From: Lachnospiraceae bacterium | GTDB lineage: Bacteria > Bacillota > Clostridia > Lachnospirales > Lachnospiraceae | DNA: 63,350 nucleotides | Assembly (NCBI GenBank): GCA_017558865.1 | Contig: JAFYTM010000103.1 | Location: 1 to 63,350, forward strand | Direction of reading: 5' to 3' | Shown: positions 28,644-39,400 of the stretch, piece after piece | Numbering within the stretch: position 1 is the first letter of the stretch | How the letters are laid out: each line of letters opens with the position of its first letter | The notes under the pieces: generated by a model | What the model saw: only the letters and a program-made list of their open reading frames with translations | The model's database searches: none | What the model was told of the DNA's origin: nothing | Translations under genes and position numbers: made by a program

Positions 28644-30518
28644 TCATGGTGTATATACATGCAGATCCATTGATTCCAAAAAACTGAGCGCATCCTCATG
28701 CAGAAGAATATCACCCCGTTCATTTTTTCCGGCTGCACTTCCGATTCGTTCCAGAGACAGTTCCTGTACCTGCCGAACATCCGGCAAAGATTCCAGTTTT
28801 GTAAACAGTCTTCCATATGCCACCGGACTGCCGAATGGATTCTTTTTCCTTTGATAATCCACTGCATCCCGTATACAGGATTCAATCTCCCTGCGAACCT
28901 CAGGAGTATCCTGATGCAGAAGAATCTTTGCATATACATGGATACCTACATACTCCGGTGATACAATGCTGACTTTTGTATTCAGCAGACGATACGGCTC
29001 AATATACTGCTCGATCATCTTCTGATAAGTATCTTTCAGCACAGGGCGTTTTTCACTGCTTTCGGGTTTGACAACCACGACAATCTCATTGGCACCTCTG
29101 TGCTGTCTGTGCAGTTTTCCATAAACATAACCAGGTATGACATGCACCAGTTCAATCATCAGACCCGGTGTCTGTCCAATACGCTGCTCATAATCCTGCC
29201 TCGATGCCATTCGATTCTGAACAAAGACGGTATCTTCCATTCGTTCCAGCATCTGATGTACATTTTCCCGTTCTCTTCCGCCTTCGGCCGGTGCCGGATT
29301 ATATACACGACTTTTCAGAGAGATTGTCTCATCCATATGTCGAATCTCACCTGCCAGTGCATTTCCCCTGCTTAAGCGGGAACATACAAGTCCCGTTACA
29401 CTTACCGGCATATTCTGACGCGGTACGGCACCATGGATTCCATCTCCAAAACGAAGCATTCTTCGTTCTCTGTCATAAGAAAACACCTGATCCATATAAT
29501 CAGCCTGCTCCAGATCATCTGTCATATGCCAGATTTCACACTGCGCTTCATCTTTTTCATCCAGACTCCAGAGAGCCAGCGAAAACAAATACGCATCCGG
29601 CCAGTCAAATTCCAATTCCTGATTGGCACAGCCATTGGTCTTGCCAACTTTAAGCTCGGGCAGAAACTCCCCTTTCTGACAGATCGTGAGCTGCTGCACC
29701 ACTTTCAACGGATTGACATACACCATACCTGCACGAGGAAGACAGTCATACGTATTTTGGCGAAGAACCGCGCGAATATAATATGCCTCTGCCATACCAT
29801 CCGGATGCTGCCATCTCTCCATCTCCTGAATTCCATGAACTGTCAGAAAACCGGTTTTCAAAAAACCACAGGTTTCATCCTCAACTTCTATCGTTTGAAA
29901 TCCTTCTGACGTAAAACACTGCCACTCCAGATCAGCAAGTTTAAAATCCTGTCCGAATGGATTTCTTTTTTTATTTTCTTCTATACAAATATACAGTTGA
30001 TCTCCATCCAACAACGGATGTTCAAATCCCAGATAAACAATAGATTCCCTCTCAAACTGCTCTGCGAAGCTTTCTGCAAATTCTCCATCCTGTCCCGCAA
30101 ACGCAGTCAGATCCATTCCGCTGCCATCCACTTCATTGATAAAAGAGCAGAACTCATTATAATGATAACTCTGATCCTCCAATGTCTCAAAAGGAATATC
30201 TCCCGCCCAGAATCTGCTGCCCTCTGAGATCATCACTGGCTCATCTACATCCGGCAATACAACATAGCTTTGAGCCGCCTGTTCCTTCTTCGGCTCTATC
30301 CCAAGAAGCTTCAGATATTTCTGCACATGGACATCACCAGTCGCATTCATATAATAATTCAGCATATCCGTCAGCCACGCATAGGTCTGCAGGACCGTAA
30401 CACCCGGATCGTGGCTGTTAAAATCCGTCCATTCATCCGTCATGGCAGGGATACGGTTGATTGCCCTCTGCACCATCTGCTCATACGTCAGATCATCCAG
30501 ACGCGGTACTTTTAACAT
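28644..30518 (-). CDS. Baseplate assembly protein (J/gp47-like, Afp11-like)
   Basis: PRLDDLTYEQM...WTDFNSHDPGVTVL, LRFGDGIHGAVP, AEGGRERE, RMASRQDYE. Confidence 0.9.
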   Translation of the reverse strand: MLKVPRLDDLTYEQMVQRAINRIPAMTDEWTDFNSHDPGVTVLQTYAWLTDMLNYYMNATGDVHVQKYLKLLGIEPKKEQAAQSYVVLPDVDEPVMISEGSRFWAGDIPFETLEDQSYHYNEFCSFINEVDGSGMDLTAFAGQDGEFAESFAEQFERESIVYLGFEHPLLDGDQLYICIEENKKRNPFGQDFKLADLEWQCFTSEGFQTIEVEDETCGFLKTGFLTVHGIQEMERWQHPDGMAEAYYIRAVLRQNTYDCLPRAGMVYVNPLKVVQQLTICQKGEFLPELKVGKTNGCANQELEFDWPDAYLFSLALWSLDEKDEAQCEIWHMTDDLEQADYMDQVFSYDRERRMLRFGDGIHGAVPRQNMPVSVTGLVCSRLSRGNALAGEIRHMDETISLKSRVYNPAPAEGGRERENVHQMLERMEDTVFVQNRMASRQDYEQRIGQTPGLMIELVHVIPGYVYGKLHRQHRGANEIVVVVKPESSEKRPVLKDTYQKMIEQYIEPYRLLNTKVSIVSPEYVGIHVYAKILLHQDTPEVRREIESCIRDAVDYQRKKNPFGSPVAYGRLFTKLESLPDVRQVQELSLERIGSAAGKNERGDILLHEDALSFLESMDLHVYTP

Positions 30519-33364
30519 GTGCTCACCTCAATATATACAATATGCTCACCATTCACTGCCATCAGGAACGGATTCTTCATTTTCTCATAAAAGCTGTCAG
30601 TTACCGGAATCTCTTTTCCATCCACCAGAGCAGTCATTACAATCTTGGAAATATTGCATCCTGCAATTCCGCCGCGCAGACAGGCAATGATCTGGGATGT
30701 TCTCGGAAATTCACCGATCTCCCATCCGTTTCCTCCCATGCCGCCTTTCAGCGGATCGATAAAACGGCAAATCATGTCCACAGCTTTTTGCTGCAGATCA
30801 TACGCTTGTTCCATCGTCTCTTTTTCCAGCCACACGCGCACATTTACCTTTACAAAATGAGGCTGGATCAAAGTCAGCTCCCGTCCCATTGCCAGAAGCG
30901 CACTATCCTGCATCAGACGATCTTTGATTGTTTTTTTTACTTCCGAAAATACATGTGCACCTTTTTCATACTCCTCAATGAGTACCGCTGCTGTCACATG
31001 ATCTCTTGCTGGCTCTCCAAATGCATCTACATGACTGAGACATTTTACTTTTCGCACACCGTAGACAGTCTGTGATATAATATCATAAAAATCCCGATTC
31101 GTGACGGCACGATTTCTGGTACGAAGCATTCCCGATACCAGTGCCATGCTGCTCTGCTCTGTATATCCATCATATCCGCCATACATCGGAAATGGATTGT
31201 TAACGGACGATATATAACGAATTGCACTTCCCATTACCTGGATAGAACCGGCAGGTATATTCGCACGGGAACCTGTATAGTTACTATGCTCAACACGAAT
31301 ATGCGGACCTTCCTGAACCAGATCATAATTGGAAAATATATGTTTTCTAAAATGAAGAACTCCTTCTGCCATATCCACTGTATAGCTGCGTCCACCTTCG
31401 TACATACGCTCTGCCCGTTTCCACGGAACCCATACCGCATCCTGTCCGATTCGTTCCTGTACCCAGACAGATAATTTCAAAAGATTCTGCTGACCCAACT
31501 GAATATCGACCGCATTCTCCATATCTTCCAGATACAGCTCTTCAGTCACGGTATTGACATTGATCACCCTTGCCATATTTGGGTAAATTCCTTTGACCAA
31601 CGGCAGAGCATACTCTGGATTCTGTGCATTCTCATTGATAAAACGAAGAAAATATCCCTCATATCCGAACATCTTTCGTTTAACAGCATCCTGCGGAATC
31701 ATCAAAAGCAGATTACCAGAGCCAGTCCAGCCACCTGTGTAATCTTCCGCCTTCAAAGAAGCAAAACCACGGTCTGACAGATATTCTGCCCTGAAATTCA
31801 CAGGACGATCGCTGTAATTCTCAATATCAAAATACAGACTCAAAGGAGTTCCCGATGGTTTTCCGGATAACCCAAGGTACATCGTTCTCTGTCCATGTTC
31901 CGTCTGATAAAAAGGTGTGATATTGCCCCCTTTATGCAGACTCTCCGTTACATTCTTTTCTTCAAAATTATTTTTAAGAACTGCATAAGCTGCAGGTTGT
32001 CTTTCTTCCATATAAGAATAGGAAAGCTGCAGTCCTGTCAAAAACGGACAGCGGTAGACTGCCGGCATATGATAAATGTTGGCTGCGCGGATCAGTCTTG
32101 CCCGAATCCTTCCCATACCGCCTTCCACATAATCCGCTATATCATCCGGACAGATAAATTCCAGCGTGACCGGTCCTTCCACAGAACCGTTAAACATGGC
32201 ATTCATATGCTCTTCTTTAAACAACCGTTTCCATCCGGTCGTACTCAGATATTCCCATAATACATAATCTGCCATGACCTCCACTGGTCTTACCGTCATT
32301 GGTTTTCTTGGTTTTCTCATAATCGCTTTGTATTCCGTATCCATCTCCGGATATGCCAGCGATTCTTCATGATTTCGATAAGAAAGGAAAAAATGCATCT
32401 GAATCTGTGCACCTTTTCGTGCCAGTGTCTCTTTTTCATCAAATGAAAATTCATTGTATAATCCCAACGGCTTTCCAAATGGATAGACAGCCCCTGCAGT
32501 CTCACTCAGACCATTGATATACACCTCTTCCGGAATCACCTGTTCACGTTGAAAACCAATCTCCAGTTTACGGATATACAGCTTCGGAAGTTCCTTCTGA
32601 CAGGAGAGAGTCAGATAATAGCCCTCTCTCTCACCTACCATTGTTTTCTTTGGAGTATAGTTCTCTAATTGAAGATGGATTGCACCATCCCGAATCTCTG
32701 TCTGTGAAAATATTTTTTCTCCCGACTCAGGATCAAGCACAGACCACTGTACTGCAGAAGAAGTTAATATGTTTAACAGTTCCTGCTGGTTCGCTTCATG
32801 AAAAGCTTCCACAAACAAATACAGATCCAATCCATTTAAATAGGTAAAAAGTTCATCAAATCCAAGATACAGCCTGTGCTCTGCACAATTCTCACCGCGA
32901 ATATCAAATGCATAAAATGCATCCTTTTGTCCTTGTCCATACGGACGCACTACAATGCTGTCACTGCTTCGGTCGGTCACTGCAATCCATTCCACACTGG
33001 TATCCGCAGCCGTCATATCATGCTCTGTCTCAAAGATCATATCATCGGTTCCGATTCCCGAAGCCAGTACCCTTGTTTTCTTCGGCACCGGAATCATCCC
33101 CTCATACCCCGGTACCGGACAGAACTGTACATAACCTCTCGATGCACTGACAGGTTCTTTTAACAGAGAATCAAACAGATTAAGATACTGAACTCTGTGT
33201 TTTGGAATCACCTGATCGTAACGTTTGGCACATTCCTCCATCATACCGCCGCACAAATCGGTCAGGACAGACCCTGGATCTTTTCCATCTCTCCGATACG
33301 CAAATTCCGGAACATAGGAATTCATCAGTCTCTGCAATTTTTCATATGTATTTTCCATATTCAC
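30512..33364 (-). CDS. Second, larger baseplate J-like protein
   Basis: YVPEF...DPGSVL, FETE, YPFGK, VNNPFPMYGG, RNRAVTNRDF, FIDPLKGG..G.GWEIGEFP. Confidence 0.85.
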   Translation of the reverse strand: MNMENTYEKLQRLMNSYVPEFAYRRDGKDPGSVLTDLCGGMMEECAKRYDQVIPKHRVQYLNLFDSLLKEPVSASRGYVQFCPVPGYEGMIPVPKKTRVLASGIGTDDMIFETEHDMTAADTSVEWIAVTDRSSDSIVVRPYGQGQKDAFYAFDIRGENCAEHRLYLGFDELFTYLNGLDLYLFVEAFHEANQQELLNILTSSAVQWSVLDPESGEKIFSQTEIRDGAIHLQLENYTPKKTMVGEREGYYLTLSCQKELPKLYIRKLEIGFQREQVIPEEVYINGLSETAGAVYPFGKPLGLYNEFSFDEKETLARKGAQIQMHFFLSYRNHEESLAYPEMDTEYKAIMRKPRKPMTVRPVEVMADYVLWEYLSTTGWKRLFKEEHMNAMFNGSVEGPVTLEFICPDDIADYVEGGMGRIRARLIRAANIYHMPAVYRCPFLTGLQLSYSYMEERQPAAYAVLKNNFEEKNVTESLHKGGNITPFYQTEHGQRTMYLGLSGKPSGTPLSLYFDIENYSDRPVNFRAEYLSDRGFASLKAEDYTGGWTGSGNLLLMIPQDAVKRKMFGYEGYFLRFINENAQNPEYALPLVKGIYPNMARVINVNTVTEELYLEDMENAVDIQLGQQNLLKLSVWVQERIGQDAVWVPWKRAERMYEGGRSYTVDMAEGVLHFRKHIFSNYDLVQEGPHIRVEHSNYTGSRANIPAGSIQVMGSAIRYISSVNNPFPMYGGYDGYTEQSSMALVSGMLRTRNRAVTNRDFYDIISQTVYGVRKVKCLSHVDAFGEPARDHVTAAVLIEEYEKGAHVFSEVKKTIKDRLMQDSALLAMGRELTLIQPHFVKVNVRVWLEKETMEQAYDLQQKAVDMICRFIDPLKGGMGGNGWEIGEFPRTSQIIACLRGGIAGCNISKIVMTALVDGKEIPVTDSFYEKMKNPFLMAVNGEHIVYIEVSTC

Positions 33365-33388
33365 TCTGCCTTCCTTTCGTTCCGGATC

Positions 33389-33805
33389 TTATAATTCTCC
33401 GATTCCCTCCTCCAGATAATATGGAAATACGAGGTTATTCGGATTATTGGTAGCTCTTACTGTATAATCAATATTCAGCCAAATCGTTCCTTTTTTGATA
33501 TCATGTGTCTCCACACGGACATCTACATTAATGATACGGGGTTCATATTTCATCAGTGCCTCCCGTACCTCACTTCCAATTCGAAGTTCAAAATCCGAAT
33601 CCGGAAGTTCAAATATATATTCATGCAGGTTGCAGCCAAAATCCGGCAGCATCGCCCGCTCTTTCATTCTTGTCATCAGAATAATATAAATCGCCTGACG
33701 GATATCTTCCTCACTGTCAGCCATCACAAACTGACCGGTAACGGAATCAATACGCGGCGGAAATGCAAATCCGCGCCCGAGAAAATCTCTTGCTCTGTCC
33801 ATCAT
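33389..33805 (-). CDS. GPW/gp25 sheath-initiator (Afp9-like)
   Basis: FLGRGFAFPP, IRQAIYIILMT...ERAMLPDFGC, YEPRI, NLVFPYYL. Confidence 0.93.
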   Translation of the reverse strand: MMDRARDFLGRGFAFPPRIDSVTGQFVMADSEEDIRQAIYIILMTRMKERAMLPDFGCNLHEYIFELPDSDFELRIGSEVREALMKYEPRIINVDVRVETHDIKKGTIWLNIDYTVRATNNPNNLVFPYYLEEGIGEL

Positions 33806-33838
33806 TATCTCGTCCTTTCTGACCGACGGTTCCTTCTA

Positions 33839-34618
33839 TCAGTTAATCTGCGTGATGGAGCCTTTCAGTGCCAGCTGTCCAGAAGACTGTACATTGACTT
33901 GTCCCTGTCCCTTTAATTCCACCTGTGCTCCCTGCATCTTAAGTCCTGCCTTTGCATTCAGACCAATCTCATTATCTGCCTGCGCTGCAATCTTTGTTCC
34001 TTTCAAGGAAATTTCTCCACTGTTTCCATCCATGGAAATCTCCGTCTTTCCTGCCGTCAATTTTAATGTCTTTTCTGCAGTCAGTTCTGCTCCTCCGCCC
34101 TTATAATCCAACTTAAAAACATTTTTTGCACCCTTATCGGATATGGTACAGCATTCATTTTCATCATCGATCAGGATCTGATTCCCTTTCGGAGTAGTCA
34201 CTGTGATCTTCTGCTTATCCTGTTCATCGTGGATCAGGATATCAACACCGCCTTTTGTCTTTAAATGCTTGATCAGATTCTTTTGTTCAAAACTCTCCCC
34301 TACGATAGCTGCACCCTGCGGATACAGACTTCCCAACAAAAACGGACGTTTTAAGCTTCCTCCGATAAAACCGACCAGAACAACCTCATCAATCTCCGGA
34401 ACACAGTATACCCCGTAATCCTTTCCTGTATAAGGCGACAGCAAACGTACCCATTCACACATATTCTTGCCGCTTTCCCATACGGTAAATTCTACCTTTA
34501 CCATACCCTTGTACTCATCATTATTGTTCTCTACCACGATTCCCTGTACAAAGCCGGGTATTCGCTGGCTGTCATAGTATTCGTTATCACTAATCAGTAA
34601 ATCGGTTATGGAATTCAT
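33839..34618 (-). CDS. Spike protein (baseplate assembly protein V / gp5 OB-fold + beta-helix)
   Basis: GIVVEN...GMVKVEF...WVR...G...PEIDEVVLVGF.GG...PFLLGSLY; beta-rich C-terminus ending LKGSITQIN. Confidence 0.88.
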   Translation of the reverse strand: MNSITDLLISDNEYYDSQRIPGFVQGIVVENNNDEYKGMVKVEFTVWESGKNMCEWVRLLSPYTGKDYGVYCVPEIDEVVLVGFIGGSLKRPFLLGSLYPQGAAIVGESFEQKNLIKHLKTKGGVDILIHDEQDKQKITVTTPKGNQILIDDENECCTISDKGAKNVFKLDYKGGGAELTAEKTLKLTAGKTEISMDGNSGEISLKGTKIAAQADNEIGLNAKAGLKMQGAQVELKGQGQVNVQSSGQLALKGSITQIN

Positions 34619-35712
34619 AAGCTGTTCACTCCTGCTTTTAAATAGGTCCGATAACCGGACTCATCCACGATATGTCTCACATAACGGATATAATATTTTC
34701 GATCTGCCTGGGAAGACAGCCTTTCCACCTCTACAAACCTTCCCGGTGCCAGCTCCGGAATACCGACGCATTCACATTCCAGTTCACCAAACTGGTCTGC
34801 TATGGCATCAATCCTCGCCTGTGCTCTCTTCTTCGCTTCTGTGGCATCCTTGACTCCCGGTTCATAATATACCTGTTTGGAGGAACCAAGAAGCATATTT
34901 CCACTGGAACCCTGACTGAATTTTCCAGATATGACAGCTTCCCCGCTGATCTGTGTTCCGCTGTTTTCATCAATAGAACGTACTTCTATCTTTTTCACAA
35001 GCTGCTGACCAGAAACTGTAAACCTGGCTCCCAGAATACCATTCTGAGGACTCAGCTTCATAATAGAAGACGTCACCTTCTGTTTTTCACGAAAATATAC
35101 TTTTCCCTGTATGATAAAAAATTCATAACCAAGCTTGGACGCCTGTTCCACAATCAGATCATAGTCTGTCATCATATGGCTGCGAAGCGGAATCTCATCC
35201 TCCGGGCAGGAATCCACTTCTTTGCCGGACAGATAGCTGCTGACCGGAGATTCTGAAAGGATCTTTTTCACAACAGCATCCGGACTCTTTTCTGCAAAAA
35301 ATTCCAGCCTGCGGTTCTTCATCAGTAGTCCCTTGGCGTCCATACATTCCACACGAATCCGAATATCCGCATCTCCCATGCCATACTCATAATCGATCCG
35401 GTTAATATAACCTTTAAAAACCATCTCAGTACGGACATAGCCTACGGACACCTCTACCTTTTCTCCGATCTGAATCGAAGAAACATCATCAGAAAAATCC
35501 GTCTTCTCTACATCATAGGCTCCGGCAACGACAAACACACATCCCGACGCCTCATATCCGCAGGTCAGTTCTATATCCACTTCTATGATATCCAGATTCT
35601 TACCGGACATCAATTTCGTACTCCCTACCTTAACCTCAACTGCCGGAGCACTGAAATTATCATATTTACCCGCCAGTGATGAAAAACTGGCAGTCGTACT
35701 CATCAAATCCAT
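34615..35712 (-). CDS. Baseplate hub (late control gene D / gp27-like, VgrG N-terminal half)
   Basis: VSVGY...VFKGYI, TDYDLI...ASKLGYEF, GIPELAPGRFVEV...YYIRYVRH. Confidence 0.85.
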   Translation of the reverse strand: MDLMSTTASFSSLAGKYDNFSAPAVEVKVGSTKLMSGKNLDIIEVDIELTCGYEASGCVFVVAGAYDVEKTDFSDDVSSIQIGEKVEVSVGYVRTEMVFKGYINRIDYEYGMGDADIRIRVECMDAKGLLMKNRRLEFFAEKSPDAVVKKILSESPVSSYLSGKEVDSCPEDEIPLRSHMMTDYDLIVEQASKLGYEFFIIQGKVYFREKQKVTSSIMKLSPQNGILGARFTVSGQQLVKKIEVRSIDENSGTQISGEAVISGKFSQGSSGNMLLGSSKQVYYEPGVKDATEAKKRAQARIDAIADQFGELECECVGIPELAPGRFVEVERLSSQADRKYYIRYVRHIVDESGYRTYLKAGVNSL

Positions 35713-35745
35713 ACTGCCTGCACCTCTGTATCTACAGGATTTGCC

Positions 35746-36486
35746 TTACAGTGAAGGAACCTTCAACTGTCTGGTATAATCCACTTTTCTTGGATTCAAT
35801 ATCCCATTCTCCCGCGCGATTTCTTTCCAGCAGGATGGATCCTGGTATTCCTGATCTGCAAGCATCCACAATTCATCCTTCTGCTGAAGCATCCGGTATT
35901 TGGTTCGGTCTGGTGACTCTCTTGGTTTTGCACCGAGCGTCTGCAGAATATTGCGTTCTTCTCCCAGAATCGACAGACTCAATTCTGCCCGCACCGGCTG
36001 ACCATTCCGGTTGAACATTTTATAATTGATAGATAGTTCTGTAACAAACCCTTCAAACTCCATACTTCCCCAGGAAAAGATGATCCAGCTCTGGGTATGT
36101 GTTTTGGGATACATCTTTGTCAGCATGGAGAGATCCTCGCAGATACCGGATAACTCCTTGTCATTATTGATATATTTCTGCAGTCCTGATTTCACGACAT
36201 ATCCCGGATATTCGGTAGTCGTATCCAGTAGAAGTCTGATCTTCAAGTCTGCAAGTCTGCTTCCTCTGGACTGAAGATTCCTTGGATGAGGCTCCTGCAG
36301 CTTTCCCGTTGTATCATTGTAAGTCGCTTTTCGAGTAATCGAATAATCGGTCGGATTAAACTGAACCGGCAGTACAACCTTAGAACCTTTTTGACTGCTC
36401 ATATAGGTAAGTGTTGCTTTTTTCAGCTCTCCGTCTCCAAAGATCAACTGCTTTCTTTTTCCCTGTTCTGTTAAGATATCTGCCAT
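35746..36486 (-). CDS. CIS tube-initiator protein with C-terminal LysM-like domain (Afp7-like)
   Basis: VQFNPTDYS, FSWG...FEG.V, F...GQPVRA, LWMLADQEYQDP..WKEIARENGILNP. Confidence 0.88.
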   Translation of the reverse strand: MADILTEQGKRKQLIFGDGELKKATLTYMSSQKGSKVVLPVQFNPTDYSITRKATYNDTTGKLQEPHPRNLQSRGSRLADLKIRLLLDTTTEYPGYVVKSGLQKYINNDKELSGICEDLSMLTKMYPKTHTQSWIIFSWGSMEFEGFVTELSINYKMFNRNGQPVRAELSLSILGEERNILQTLGAKPRESPDRTKYRMLQQKDELWMLADQEYQDPSCWKEIARENGILNPRKVDYTRQLKVPSL

Positions 36487-39400
36487 TAAATGAGTCCCCT
36501 CCTTCCTCTCTCTGTCCTGAGCCTGTCTTCCAGACGTCTGTATACTTTATTCACAAGCTGATCGACATTCTGAACGATCTGCTCCTCCATAGACTGCTGA
36601 ATCTCTTTGCGCAGCTGACTGGCACCTTCGCCCTCTGTCCAGACTGCCGGACTGTTTTTCAATACTTCCCGAACAACCGTCTTCTGCTGTTCTATAATTT
36701 CTTCTTTATGAACAATGGTTTTCTCTTCTACTGTCCGCAGATTCTTTACAACTTCATCGACCTTATGTTCCAGCCGTTCAGTCTTTTCCTGCTGCTCCAG
36801 AGACAGATCCTCTTCCGAACGATACACAATCGCTGCCGGTTCTATCATTGGAACGCTTTGCACATGGTGGCTGCTCTTGATAGTCCTGATCTGATGCAGA
36901 TTGATATTCTGCAGCATTCTTTGTGCATTGGTCTGCATCGGAACCAGTGATTCGATTGACCATATTTGACGATTCCGCTGAACCTGTCGTATCGTCTCCT
37001 GATGTTCTTCTGAAATCTCATCCTGATGTTCTTCCAGATAGGTCAGTAACACAGTATCCTGTTCTCTTTTCTGAACTTGTTCCGTTTGTGTCTGAAGAAT
37101 ATCTGTTCTTTGCAGAAGTTTTTGAACTGCTTCTTCCGTCCTGATTTGACGGATATCTTCTACATGAGTTTCTATTGGCTGTGCCTGTTGAATCGACGTA
37201 ATCTGCTCTGTTCGGATGACATCTTCTGTCTTATATGTGCGTACTTCTGTCTGCTCCTTTGATGGTTCTGCAGACACTTCTCCCGGTCGAGCTGCCTGTT
37301 CTCCCGACAGTGTTTCTTCCAGATATGTCAACGACACCGCATCCAGTTCTTTCTTCTGTATCTGCTCTGTCTTTACCTGATGACTCTCTGTCTGAAGTCT
37401 TTCCAGAAGTCTCTCCGTCTCGGTCTGTCTGACATCTGTTTTCTGCAACAGTTTCTCAACCGCCTCTTCTGTCCTGACCTGTCGAATATCTTCTACATGA
37501 GACTCTAAAGGCTGCACCTGTTGAATCAGCTTCCTCTGCTGTGTAATCTCTTCTCTTTGTACAACCTCGCCATGTCGAACCGTTTCTTCCGTCTGTATCG
37601 GCGTGATCTGTTCTGTTCTGGTTGTTTCTCCAGGATGCGTCTCCTCCAGATATGTCAGCGACACCGTCTCCAATTCTTTCTTCTGTATCTGTTCGCTCTC
37701 TGTCTGATGACGTTCTGTGTGAATATTCTGGCTATGAAGACTTTCCAAAAGTCTCTCTGTCTCAAGCTGACGAAGGTCTGTTTTCTGTAGCAGTTTTTCA
37801 ACTGCTTCTTCTGTCCTGACCTGACGAATATCTTCTACATGAGATTCTAAAGGCTGTACCTGTTGGATCAGCTTCCTCTGCTGTGTAATCTCTTCTCTTT
37901 GTACAACCTCGTCATGTCGAACCGTTTCTTCCGTCTGTATCGGCGTGATCTGTTCTGTTCGGGTTGTTTCTCCAGGATGCGTCTCCTCCAGATACGTCAG
38001 CGACACTGTCTCCAATTCTTTCTTCTGTATCTGTTCACTCTCCTGCTGATGTCTTTCTGTGTGAATATTCTCGGTATGAAGACTTTCCAAAAGCTTCTCT
38101 GTTTCAATCTGACGAAGGTCTGTTTTTTGAAGCAGTTTTTCAACTGCTTCTTCTGTCCTGACCTGACGAATATCCTCTACATGAGATTCCAACGGTTTTA
38201 CTTGTTGGATCGGCGTTAGCTGTTCTGCTCGTGTTGTTTCTTCTGTTGTACGAGTACGAACTTCTGTCTGTTCCTCAGACAGTTCTCCAGACCTTTCTTC
38301 TGGATGTGTCTCTTCCAGATACGTCAGCGACACCGTCTCTAATTCTTTCTTCTGTATCTGTTCGCTCTCCAATTGATAACGCTCTGTGTGAATATTCTCG
38401 GTATGAAGACTTTCCAGAAGTTTTTTCGTCTCTGTCTGCCTGATGTCTGTTTTCTGCAACAGTTTCTCAACTGCTTCTTCTGTCCTGACCTGACGGATAT
38501 CTTCCACATGAGTTTCTATTGGCTGTGCCTGTTGGATCGGCGTAATCTGCTCTGTTCGGATGACATCTTCTGTCTTATATGTGCGTACTTCCGTCTGCTC
38601 TTCTGACGGCTTTGCAGACACTTCTCCCAATCGAACCGCCTGCTCTCCGGGCTGTATTTCTTCCGACCGCGTCTCCTCCAGATATGTCAAAGACACCGTA
38701 TCCAGTTCTTTCTTCTGTATCTGTTCGACTTTTACCTGTTGACTTTCTGTCTGACGATGCTCTGTCTGAAGTCTTTCCAGAAGTTTTTCCGTCTCGGTCT
38801 GTCTGACATCTGTTTTCTGCAGCAATTTCTCAACCGCTTCTTCTGTCTTTACCTGACGGATATCTTCCACATGAGTTTCTAAAGGCTGTACCTGTTGGAT
38901 CAAATGCCTCTTCTGTGTGATCTCTTCTCTTTGTACAACCTCACCATGCCGAACCGTTTCTTCCGTCTGTATCGGCGTGATCTGTTCTGTTCGGGTTGTT
39001 TTTTCTGTTGTATAAGTCCGAACCTCTGATGGTTGTTCTGACGGCTTTGCAGACACTTCTCCCGGTTGGATCGCCTGCTCTCCAAACAGTGTTTCTTTCA
39101 GATACGTCAGAGACACCGCATCCAGTTCTCTCTTCTGTATCTCTTCGGTCTTTACCTGGTGACTTTCTGTATGAACACTCTCCGCATGAATACTTTCCAG
39201 AAGTCTCTCCGTCTCTATCTGACGGACATCTGTTTTCCGCAGCAATTTCTCAACTGCTTCCTCTGTCCTGATCTGGCGGATATCCTCTACATGCGTTTCT
39301 AACGGCTTTATCTGCTGGATCGGCGTGATCTGCTCTGTTTGGATGACATTTTCTGTCTTATATGTGCGTACTTCTGTCTGCTCTTCTGACGGCTTTGCAG